Source of the DNA: an uncultured Rikenellaceae bacterium
GTDB taxonomy: Bacteria > Bacteroidota > Bacteroidia > Bacteroidales > VadinHA17
Direction: 5' to 3'
Assembly (NCBI GenBank): GCA_964638955.1
Contig: CAZWZQ010000004.1
Coordinates: 32,371-96,370 of the forward strand
DNA length: 64,000 nt
The position numbers and the translations under genes are program-made. Each line of letters opens with the position of its first letter. Within the stretch, counting starts at the first letter, position 1. Of the stretch, positions 55,291 to 62,997 are shown piece after piece. Under the pieces are notes generated by a model, which did no database searches, was not told the origin of the DNA, and saw nothing but the letters and a program-made list of their open reading frames with translations.

Positions 55291-55323
55291 AGTATTGAAA
55301 TACCCTGAATTAGTTTCAATACT
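55291..55323 (+). promoter_or_regulatory. 10-bp perfect inverted repeat immediately upstream of the peptide gene
   Basis: AGTATTGAAA (55291-55300), a 13-nt spacer, then TTTCAATACT (55314-55323). It shares AGTATT/AATACT half-sites with the repeat at 51498-51522. Confidence 0.45.
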
Positions 55324-55327
55324 TAAA

Positions 55328-55477
55328 ATGAAAACAATGAAAACCCTGAATTACGAAAAAACGGAAGACATTTTTGCTGAGTTTGTATTGTCAAACGACG
55401 AAATGATTAAAGTACGTGGTGGTGAAGGTGAAGGTGAACCCATAATTCTACCTAATCCTCCACCGGTAAAAATCTGA
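55328..55477 (+). CDS. double-glycine-leader precursor peptide; predicted core EGEGEPIILPNPPPVKI
   Basis: MKTMKTLNYEKTEDIFAEFVLSNDEMIKVRGG|EGEGEPIILPNPPPVKI*. The leader fits the Bacteroidota GG-leader pattern (..LsxxEMxxixGG). An alternative ATG lies at 55337, and the track's TTG at 55295 is unlikely. A C39-ABC exporter lies 4 kb away. Confidence 0.7.
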   Translation: MKTMKTLNYEKTEDIFAEFVLSNDEMIKVRGGEGEGEPIILPNPPPVKI

Positions 55478-55490
55478 TAATAAATAAGAG

Positions 55491-55625
55491 GCCTGTCATT
55501 GAGACAGGTAATGATTTACCTGGTCGCAGGTAAATCGTAGGAAGCAGTCACATATTGTGACTCTGCAGGGAAGAGTACATTTAATACCAATTAATCTGAT
55601 GCTATATTTATGTGATATACAGCAT
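55491..55625 (+). terminator. cluster of four hairpins downstream of the peptide gene (attenuator or processing region)
   Basis: The hairpins are CCTGTC-attga-GACAGG (55492-55508), ATTTACCTG-gtcg-CAGGTAAAT (55514-55535, 9 bp perfect), AGTCACA-tat-TGTGACT (55546-55562) and the imperfect ATGCTATAT/ATATAcAGCAT (55599-55625). None has a clear U-run. Confidence 0.4.
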
Positions 55626-55669
55626 ATTAGATAATTAGTTTAATTAACAGAATTTTAAAAATACAGCAT

Positions 55670-56431
55670 ATGAAAGAAAATTTTATTAAACCAATCGACT
55701 TTTCTTATTTCATCGAAAGGTATAACTCGGGTGAAATGAATGAAGCTGAACTGACATGGTTCCGCAAAGAACTGGATGGAAATGAACAGCTTCGGAGAGA
55801 AGTAGAATTAAGGAAAAAAGCTGATATGGTTCTTAAAAACCATGATGTTATTCAGTTACGAAGTAAGCTTTCAAATATTGAGAGTAAAAGGGCAGCAGAA
55901 GAACCTGTTAAAATCCGGGTTAAGCGTATTCCACTAGGATATGCTGCAGCAATTGCCGGTTTTATCCTGGTTAGCAGTATTTTTCTATTTAACGGCAGGA
56001 AGCTGACCAGTGATGAAATTCTCGACCGGTTCTACAAATCTTATGAGGTTACTTCACCCTCAAGGTCTCAACAAGCCATTTTAAATTCTGATTATTCAAC
56101 GGCAATTGAATTCTACAACATCCGTGATTACAGAAATGCTGCCCTTTATTTCAGTAAAGTACTGTCAGAGGATCCGAAATACATGGAATCCACCATGTTA
56201 TACGGAGTTTCCAATTTCGAGATCAAAGACTACCCGGAAGCAAAGCATTCATTCATGAAGGTTATTGATGATAACGATAACCTGTTTTTAGAGGATGCTG
56301 AATGGTACCTTGCTCTATGTTACCTTAAAACCCAAGAAACGGAAAAAGCTGCTGATGTGCTGGATCAGATAAAAAGATCGGAAAGCATATATAAAAAGGA
56401 TGCAGCACGGATAATGAGAAAAATGAAATAA
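55670..56431 (+). CDS. single-pass membrane protein, anti-sigma-like: cytoplasmic helical N-domain and extracytoplasmic TPR domain
   Basis: 253 aa with a TM helix ..IPLGYAAAIAGFILVSSIFLF.. at roughly residues 87-107. The C-terminal ~145 aa have TPR-like repeats (..AIEFYNIRDYRNAALYFSKVL.., ..AEWYLALCYLKTQETEKAADVL..). There is no zinc-finger anti-sigma motif. Confidence 0.55.
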   Translation: MKENFIKPIDFSYFIERYNSGEMNEAELTWFRKELDGNEQLRREVELRKKADMVLKNHDVIQLRSKLSNIESKRAAEEPVKIRVKRIPLGYAAAIAGFILVSSIFLFNGRKLTSDEILDRFYKSYEVTSPSRSQQAILNSDYSTAIEFYNIRDYRNAALYFSKVLSEDPKYMESTMLYGVSNFEIKDYPEAKHSFMKVIDDNDNLFLEDAEWYLALCYLKTQETEKAADVLDQIKRSESIYKKDAARIMRKMK

Positions 56432-56461
56432 ATATATATCTCCTTATTATTCTATTTCAGG

Positions 56462-57268
56462 ATGGATATTGATAAAGACAGAGAGGAATGTGGCGGATTA
56501 AAGGATTTGAATTCTTTAACTAATATGATAAACTGCCCCACAGTACTGCACGGTATGTCTCATGAAGTGAGAACACACATGAATGCAATAGTAGCGCTTT
56601 CATTCCTCATAAACAGAAATAATTGCAATAAAAAGGAACGCGAAGAATACAGTGACCAGATCCTTGCCTCATGTGAGCAGCTTATAGGCCTTTTTGATAA
56701 TTTTCTCGATTCAGCAATAATTGAAACAGGTGGTAATTCACAAACAAACTTAAATATCTGCAAACTCAACAATCTTCTGGAAGATCTTTTTTCAGAATTC
56801 AGGGTAATACTTAAAAAGGAAGTCTATAAGGATTTGACACTAATCACCAACAACAATCTTAATGAAGCAACCGGGGTTTTTATTGATTCTGACAGGGTGT
56901 TCAGGGTAATTCGTAACCTTTTTCAGAATGCACTTAAAAATACCACATCAGGTTATATTAAGATTGGTTATTCTTTCAGGGATAATGAGGTGACTTTTTA
57001 CGTAATCGACTCCGGCCAGGGTTATTTCAAATGCAAAGAATTTCTTCATACAGAGGATTTAAACGACTCGCTGACTCAATACAATGATACAATTTCAGCG
57101 ATAAACCTGACCCTGGCCAAAAAATTAATCAGCATGCTGGGCGGAACACTATGGATAGAGTGCAATGGCATCACCGGCACCGGTATTTATTTTTCCATAC
57201 CGGTCAAAATTGCGGAAAGCTCAGATATCAACATAAATAAGTTTGTCAATACCATGATCGCAATCTGA
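56462..57268 (+). CDS. soluble histidine kinase core (HisKA plus HATPase_c) without a sensor domain
   Basis: 268 aa with the H-box ..MSHEVRTHMNAI.. about 40 aa from the N-terminus, N-box ..RNLFQNALKNT.., G1 ..VIDSGQG.. and G2 ..GITGTGIYF... It has no TM helix. No response regulator is present in the window. Confidence 0.75.
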   Translation: MDIDKDREECGGLKDLNSLTNMINCPTVLHGMSHEVRTHMNAIVALSFLINRNNCNKKEREEYSDQILASCEQLIGLFDNFLDSAIIETGGNSQTNLNICKLNNLLEDLFSEFRVILKKEVYKDLTLITNNNLNEATGVFIDSDRVFRVIRNLFQNALKNTTSGYIKIGYSFRDNEVTFYVIDSGQGYFKCKEFLHTEDLNDSLTQYNDTISAINLTLAKKLISMLGGTLWIECNGITGTGIYFSIPVKIAESSDININKFVNTMIAI

Positions 57269-57340
57269 TACTATTTTGCTGCAATGTCTGAATGCAATTA
57301 AGCATGAGATGAAGTGGCCGTCATTTTAAAGACAGGCCAC

Positions 57341-59281
57341 TTATTTTTTCAGACCAACAATTCTTGCCTCGGTCCTTCTGTTAAGTTTTCTTCCCTCTGA
57401 AGTCAAATTATCACCTAACGGTGAAGAATTACCGTATCCTTTATACTTGAGCCTGTCCGGAGATATTCCTTTTCCTGTCAGGTAATTAACTACAGAAAGT
57501 GCCCTTTTTTCAGAAAGTGTAAGGTTATATTCATCGGATCCTGTAGCATCAGTATACCCGCCAATCTCAACAATAACATCGGCATTATATTCTATAAGAT
57601 CTGCAAGGTTGTCAAGTTCCTTCATTGATTCTTCTTTAAGCTCCCATGAGTCCCATTCATAGAAAACATTTGTAAGAGTCATCTTCTCTCCCACTTTAGC
57701 AGGGCTTAATGTTATTCGTTTGATAAACGGTTCCATCACTGTATGCTCACCTTCGAACATAAAATTTTCTGAATAGAATAAATATCCCGGTTTTGAGACG
57801 TTTATTCCGTAATTATTTCCCGAGGGGATACATACAAGGAAATTACCATACTCATCAGTTTTATTTCTGGCCGTAATTCTGTTTGTTGAAAGGTTGATAA
57901 GTTCGTAATCGGCTTGCAGCAGCTTTCCTGTTTCTTTATCAGTAACTTTACCTTTGAGGTATGAAACCGGAGTGGGACGAATGGATTCATCAAGTTCAAA
58001 ATAGAATATGTCTTTTCCGTTAATGTTGTCTCTCTTCGATGAAAAGTAGGCTTTTTGTCCTCCTGATTCAATCACAAGTCCCATGTCATCATTGAATGTA
58101 TTTATCGGGTAGCCAAGATTCTTTGGCTCTGTCCAGGTGGTATCATCATTCATCTTTGAAAAATAGATATCAAATCCCCCCATTCCTGCATGGCCGTCTG
58201 ATGCAAAATATAATGTTCTACCGTCAAAATGAATAAATGGTGACATCTCATCTCCATCAGTATTAATGGTTTTACCAAGATTTACCGGGGTTGTCCAGGT
58301 TCCCTTTTCCGTAAGAACAGAATACCACAGGTCTTTTCTGCCATACCCTCCTTTCCTGTTGCTTGAGAAGATAAGAAGATTTCCCTCGGCGTTTATTGAT
58401 GGAGTGGATTCCCACGAAGGGCTGTTTACGGGTGGGCCCAGATTATATGGTGTTGTCCATTCCCCATTTCTTAAAGCAGAAAAATATATATCACAACTAC
58501 CCAGCCCACCTCGTCGTCCACAGGCAGTGAAATACATATAACTTCCGTTTGATGAGAGTGTTTGAGCCCCCTCATTTGAACTGGTGTTCAAAGGTAACCC
58601 GGCATTGATAGAAGTTCCCCAGCCTTCGTCAGTGAGAAAACTTATATAAAAATCCTCCTGCAGTGCTTCTGTTCCGAATGGTCCTGATTTTCCGCCGGCT
58701 AATTGTCTGGTGAACATCAGCGTCTGACCGTCAGCTGTTATAGAAGGCCAGTATTCATCATAAGCAGTATTGATCGAACTGCCAATATTTTTTGGACTAA
58801 AAGCCACCGGATTCTTCATTGCCTCTATGGCAAATTCACAGTTACGTATATTTTTTACAGCAATTGCCCTGTTTTGCAGAGAACCGTTATAATTTAAATA
58901 AGTTTTATAGTGCAGAAGCGCATTTGCATAATCACCTGTTTTCATCTCTGCGTTTGCGAGAGAAAAGAAAACAGGTTTATATGATATTGAATCGAGCTTA
59001 ATGGCGGACGTATAACTTTCTGCAGCCTGATCAAAGTTACCCTTTTTTGTATATAGTTCCCCCAGCATAACGTAGGCTTCATAGAAATTGGTATCTGTTT
59101 CAAGAGCATTCCTGAACCATGATTCGGCTGTTTCAAGGTCAAGAAAATCATACGCTGTAACACCTTCATTATAAGCCTTAACTGCCTTATTTGATGTTGT
59201 ATGCAGGTCCTGTGCATAACTATCCCTCGCTACTGAGCATGAGGTTAAAAATAGTGCTGTTAATATCAGATATCGAATCAT
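57341..59281 (-). CDS. OmpA-family protein (TPR, TolB-like beta-propeller repeats, CarboxypepD_reg-like domain and OmpA C-domain)
   Basis: 646 aa. The C-terminus ..VEIGGYTDATGSDEYNLTLSEKRALSVVNYL.. is the OmpA peptidoglycan-binding motif. Confidence 0.85.
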   Translation of the reverse strand: MIRYLILTALFLTSCSVARDSYAQDLHTTSNKAVKAYNEGVTAYDFLDLETAESWFRNALETDTNFYEAYVMLGELYTKKGNFDQAAESYTSAIKLDSISYKPVFFSLANAEMKTGDYANALLHYKTYLNYNGSLQNRAIAVKNIRNCEFAIEAMKNPVAFSPKNIGSSINTAYDEYWPSITADGQTLMFTRQLAGGKSGPFGTEALQEDFYISFLTDEGWGTSINAGLPLNTSSNEGAQTLSSNGSYMYFTACGRRGGLGSCDIYFSALRNGEWTTPYNLGPPVNSPSWESTPSINAEGNLLIFSSNRKGGYGRKDLWYSVLTEKGTWTTPVNLGKTINTDGDEMSPFIHFDGRTLYFASDGHAGMGGFDIYFSKMNDDTTWTEPKNLGYPINTFNDDMGLVIESGGQKAYFSSKRDNINGKDIFYFELDESIRPTPVSYLKGKVTDKETGKLLQADYELINLSTNRITARNKTDEYGNFLVCIPSGNNYGINVSKPGYLFYSENFMFEGEHTVMEPFIKRITLSPAKVGEKMTLTNVFYEWDSWELKEESMKELDNLADLIEYNADVIVEIGGYTDATGSDEYNLTLSEKRALSVVNYLTGKGISPDRLKYKGYGNSSPLGDNLTSEGRKLNRRTEARIVGLKK

Positions 59282-59283
59282 TA

Positions 59284-59913
59284 TCAGGGTATATGCATAT
59301 ATTTATGGACCTGGAGAGATATCCTCCATACGCTATTGTTTTTAACATAATCAACAATTTCCGTTATAATCCTTTCGAAGCTGCTCCATTCAGGTTGAAG
59401 AAAAAGCCGGCATTTCTCATTAACCTGATTACGATATTCTTCGGCCCACTCAAAATCGGCTTTTTCCTGAATAACTACTTTCAGTTCGTCGGCCACCTTG
59501 CATATTTCAGGAACGGGCTTCATGTTTTTTTTAGGAGAGAGACATATCCAGTCCCATTTGCCTGTAAGGGGATATGCTCCCGATGTTTCAAGGTAAGTGG
59601 AGATATTCTTTTTTTTCAACTTGGAACACAGATAATCAAGATTCCACATGAGAGGTTCGCCTCCTGTTATTACTACAGAATCCGTTCCGGAATTAATTAT
59701 ACGGTTTGCAATATCATCAGCATTTGTCATTGGGTGTATTTCAGGATCCCAGGTGAAAGGTGAATCACACCAGCTGCATCCTATATCACAGCCTCCAAGT
59801 CGTATGAAATATGCTGCTTTCCCGGTATGGAATCCTTCGCCCTGGATTGAAAAAAAATCTTCTACAAGTGGTAATTTTTTCCCTTGCGTATTTTGTTCCG
59901 GTTGTTTTATCAT
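59284..59913 (-). CDS. queE: 7-carboxy-7-deazaguanine synthase (radical SAM)
   Basis: 209 aa with ..FFSIQGEGFHTGKAAYFIRLGGCDIGCSWCDS.., the QueE N-terminal cluster motif. Confidence 0.85.
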   Translation of the reverse strand: MIKQPEQNTQGKKLPLVEDFFSIQGEGFHTGKAAYFIRLGGCDIGCSWCDSPFTWDPEIHPMTNADDIANRIINSGTDSVVITGGEPLMWNLDYLCSKLKKKNISTYLETSGAYPLTGKWDWICLSPKKNMKPVPEICKVADELKVVIQEKADFEWAEEYRNQVNEKCRLFLQPEWSSFERIITEIVDYVKNNSVWRISLQVHKYMHIP

Positions 59914-59972
59914 TTTACCAGAGACATATCATAATATCTCCATCACAATAACGGAACTTCAATCAAAAAATT

Positions 59973-61067
59973 TTATTCTCTGATCTTAAGCAACTGCTGG
60001 AACCGGTCAAAGAAGAAAGTGTTTTGATTTATTCCGGAGAATTGTTCTGCCCCCGGGCCAAAAGAAAAAATCGGTACCATTTCAGCCGTATGGTCAGGAG
60101 ATGAGAATTTGACAGTGATTGTTTTTTCTTTCCTGTTTCCTTGAGGTATTGTCAGTCCGCCTGTCTCATGATCGGAAGTAACTACGACAAGTGTTCTTTT
60201 ATCAGCTTTGGCAAATTCAAGTGCAACACCTACAGCATTGTCAAAATCAGTTGTTTCTGAAATTGTATAATCGACATTATTTGCATGTGCTCCCCAGTCA
60301 ATCTGAGAGCCTTCTACCATGAGGAAAAATCCATCCTTGTCCTTGCTGAGCGTTTCAATTGCTTTTTCGGTCATGGCTTCCAGCGCTCCATCTCTTCCTT
60401 CCAGCATGGTAGGCATATGTTCTTTTGCCAGCAAACCTGCTATTTTCTGTGAGTTTGAAGCATTAAGTTCATCAAGAGTATAAACAACATCAAAACCCTG
60501 TTCTTTTAGGTTAACGGTAAGATCTTTACCATCTTCACGGTTACGAAAATGATCCTCTCCTCCTCCGATAAAGACATCTATTGTGCCTTTCAGATAATCT
60601 GCAGCAATAGCTTCATAATTATTACGATTTTCGTTATGAGCTACAAATGATGCAGGAGTCGCGTGTGTTACAGAACTTGTACTGACTACACCTGTTGCCA
60701 TTCCATGTTTGTGAACAACATCAATAATTGATGGGGCTACAGTTGTGTCCGGTGTCATCCCTATCATATAATTATTTGTCTTTATACCACATGAAATAGC
60801 AGTTCCGCCAGCTCCCGAATCAGTCACGTAATTGTTGGCAGAATATGTAATACTGAAACCCGAATAAGGAAACTGTTCCATAAAAAGCGGCTGCTGACTA
60901 ACTGACATGGCAGCATAAACAAGTGCATCACCCATTCCGTCACCAATCAATAAAATTATGTTCTGTGGTTCTTCTGGCGGAACAGCATTGCTGTCACACC
61001 TGGTGAGAGAGATACCTGTGAGTAACAGTATCATAAGTAAAATCTGATTCTTAATTATACTCTTCAT
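59973..61067 (-). CDS. alkaline phosphatase (PhoA family), secreted
   Basis: 364 aa with ..LLIGDGMGD.. and the active-site Ser region ..VTDSGAGGTA.., plus later ..DWGAHAN.. and ..TSDHETGG... Confidence 0.85.
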   Translation of the reverse strand: MKSIIKNQILLMILLLTGISLTRCDSNAVPPEEPQNIILLIGDGMGDALVYAAMSVSQQPLFMEQFPYSGFSITYSANNYVTDSGAGGTAISCGIKTNNYMIGMTPDTTVAPSIIDVVHKHGMATGVVSTSSVTHATPASFVAHNENRNNYEAIAADYLKGTIDVFIGGGEDHFRNREDGKDLTVNLKEQGFDVVYTLDELNASNSQKIAGLLAKEHMPTMLEGRDGALEAMTEKAIETLSKDKDGFFLMVEGSQIDWGAHANNVDYTISETTDFDNAVGVALEFAKADKRTLVVVTSDHETGGLTIPQGNRKEKTITVKFSSPDHTAEMVPIFSFGPGAEQFSGINQNTFFFDRFQQLLKIRE

Positions 61068-61118
61068 ATCTTAAATTTTTGATTAAATCATTTTGCATCC
61101 ATAGAACACCAAATATAC

Positions 61119-62912
61119 TTATTTAGTTGTAGTTGTGCCAAACAACAGGAGTTTTTCTTCAGGGATCCTTTCAGTTACCCATTTTACGGGCACTATCTTC
61201 CAGTTATTCAGTGGTTTCGGGCTAATAGTCTTATTTGTTTCTATCGTCTTAAGTATATAATATCTCAGGTCCCTGTCAGTGGAAGTAATCAGTCTTTCAC
61301 GCAATTTCGCCTGGTCTATTCCTGCTCCTTTGGTAAGATGTCCTCCACCGCCGTTTCCCCTGTATGAATTTATTGCTGCTTTATAGATTTTTTGTTTTTC
61401 AAAAGGCCGGCCATCAGAGAATGAAATGATATTTATTCTGCCGCCCGCTGGTTTACTGACATCTACAGTATAATCGATACCGGCTCCGGAGTCAAAATTA
61501 TAAGAGGCATTTGCGAGCCAGGCTCTGCCGTTTGTCAGAACAGGCTTTCCGTTATTGCCAAGCCGGTACTTTAACAGGTAATCATCCGGCCCCTCCATGG
61601 TATTAAGCCACTCTGAATAAGAATATTCGAGATATTTCATGATCTCTTCTCCTGTCATACTCATAGTATACAGCATGTTCTCATACCGGTAGAGCTTGAA
61701 CATATCTCCAACAGTAACGGGCCCTTTTGCAATAGTTACATCGAATGATAATGGAGCAGCAAAGGAGATATCCGCACCTGTGATATCGAGCTGTATTGAA
61801 TGGATCATATCCGTGAATGCCGATGACCCGAAATATGAATCACGAGATGTAATCGCTTCAGGCAAGTATCCAATTACCCTTGTAACATACTCCTTAATTG
61901 TTTTTTCCTGGTTTGAAAAACTTGCCAGAAAATCTGCATCAGGTTCCAGTTCATTAACGCTTATAAGTTTTCCCGACATGTTCTTTTTCATTTTCCTGAA
62001 GAGTCCCTTAAACGAAATAGTGATATCAGCACGTGCAATATACTGCGATCTGCTGCCTCCATTTAGAATGAGAATTGTATCACCTTCAGAATTAATAAAT
62101 CTCTCGTTTGCAGCTCGGTGATCATGTCCGCAGAAAATAATGTCAAATCCCGGAATTTTCCATGCCACAGATGAAGTGCCATTTTCATTTAAGGAATTAT
62201 TCAGCTTGTAGTTTTCGTTATCAATGTTCCATCCCGAATGAAACATACCAACTACAATATCGGGTTTTTGTTTCAGTATTTCAGGCATCCATAGTTTTGC
62301 AGTCTCGACCATATCCCTGAATTCAATACCGGAATAAAGTTCTTCAGGCAGCCAGGTCGGAATAGCAGGTGTTACCATACCAAGCACAGCGACACGGATA
62401 TTGTCCTTCTCCAGAATAACATACGGTTTAAAATATGGCTCGCCGCTTTCAACATCAAGAGCATTTGCTGCCAGCAGTGGGAAATTAAATTCATTAACCA
62501 GTCGGTCATATACTGAATGACCAGCCTCAATATCATGATTGCCGACAGTACAGGCATCATAGTTCATCCAATTCATGGCTTCAGACAAAATATGCGGTGA
62601 TGTTGTATCAATGAAATTATAATAATATACAGCAGGCTGTCCCTGAAGATTATCTCCGTTATCAAGCAGGAAAACTGCATCTTCAGAGTTCCTTAGTTCT
62701 TTGACATAACCTGCAGTTCCGGCAAGTGATGCATCCAGCGGCTCATTTTCAATAAAATCCCAGGGGAGAATTACGCCGTGGAGATCAGTAGTTTCAAGAA
62801 TTGAGATATCTTTTGTCTCAGGTGTAGTACATGCAGTAAGACACAAGGTAATTCCAAGAAGTAACCAATTAAACTTGCATTTCATATTATTTATATTTTT
62901 TGTTATAAACAT
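61119..62912 (-). CDS. bifunctional metallophosphatase / 5'-nucleotidase (UshA-like) lipoprotein
   Basis: 597 aa with ..TTDLHG.., ..DNGDNLQG.., ..TVGNHDIEAG.. and a C-terminal 5'-nucleotidase domain. The lipobox is ..LCLTAC... The start is probably M10 at 62885. Confidence 0.85.
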   Translation of the reverse strand: MFITKNINNMKCKFNWLLLGITLCLTACTTPETKDISILETTDLHGVILPWDFIENEPLDASLAGTAGYVKELRNSEDAVFLLDNGDNLQGQPAVYYYNFIDTTSPHILSEAMNWMNYDACTVGNHDIEAGHSVYDRLVNEFNFPLLAANALDVESGEPYFKPYVILEKDNIRVAVLGMVTPAIPTWLPEELYSGIEFRDMVETAKLWMPEILKQKPDIVVGMFHSGWNIDNENYKLNNSLNENGTSSVAWKIPGFDIIFCGHDHRAANERFINSEGDTILILNGGSRSQYIARADITISFKGLFRKMKKNMSGKLISVNELEPDADFLASFSNQEKTIKEYVTRVIGYLPEAITSRDSYFGSSAFTDMIHSIQLDITGADISFAAPLSFDVTIAKGPVTVGDMFKLYRYENMLYTMSMTGEEIMKYLEYSYSEWLNTMEGPDDYLLKYRLGNNGKPVLTNGRAWLANASYNFDSGAGIDYTVDVSKPAGGRINIISFSDGRPFEKQKIYKAAINSYRGNGGGGHLTKGAGIDQAKLRERLITSTDRDLRYYILKTIETNKTISPKPLNNWKIVPVKWVTERIPEEKLLLFGTTTTK

Positions 62913-62997
62913 AGAAAAGAATATTCATATTATTCATGCATATTGCAATATTTAAGGCAATACAGACAATGAATTAATATATTTGTATATTAAAATT

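Noticed and set aside
55295-55327. TTG start at 55295 giving a 60-aa precursor (MKYPELVSILK...)
   Set aside because: The extension lies within the 10-bp inverted repeat. ATG codons at 55328 and 55337 give a leader of typical length. I kept the TTG region as regulatory sequence or a duplicated 5' end.
55328-55477. Lanthipeptide, sactipeptide or class II bacteriocin interpretation of the GG-leader peptide
   Set aside because: The core has no Cys, Ser or Thr and is short and anionic. No LanM/LanB, radical-SAM maturase, cyclodehydratase or immunity gene is in the neighbourhood. QueE and KamA, the only radical-SAM genes in the window, are housekeeping or unrelated and lie far away.
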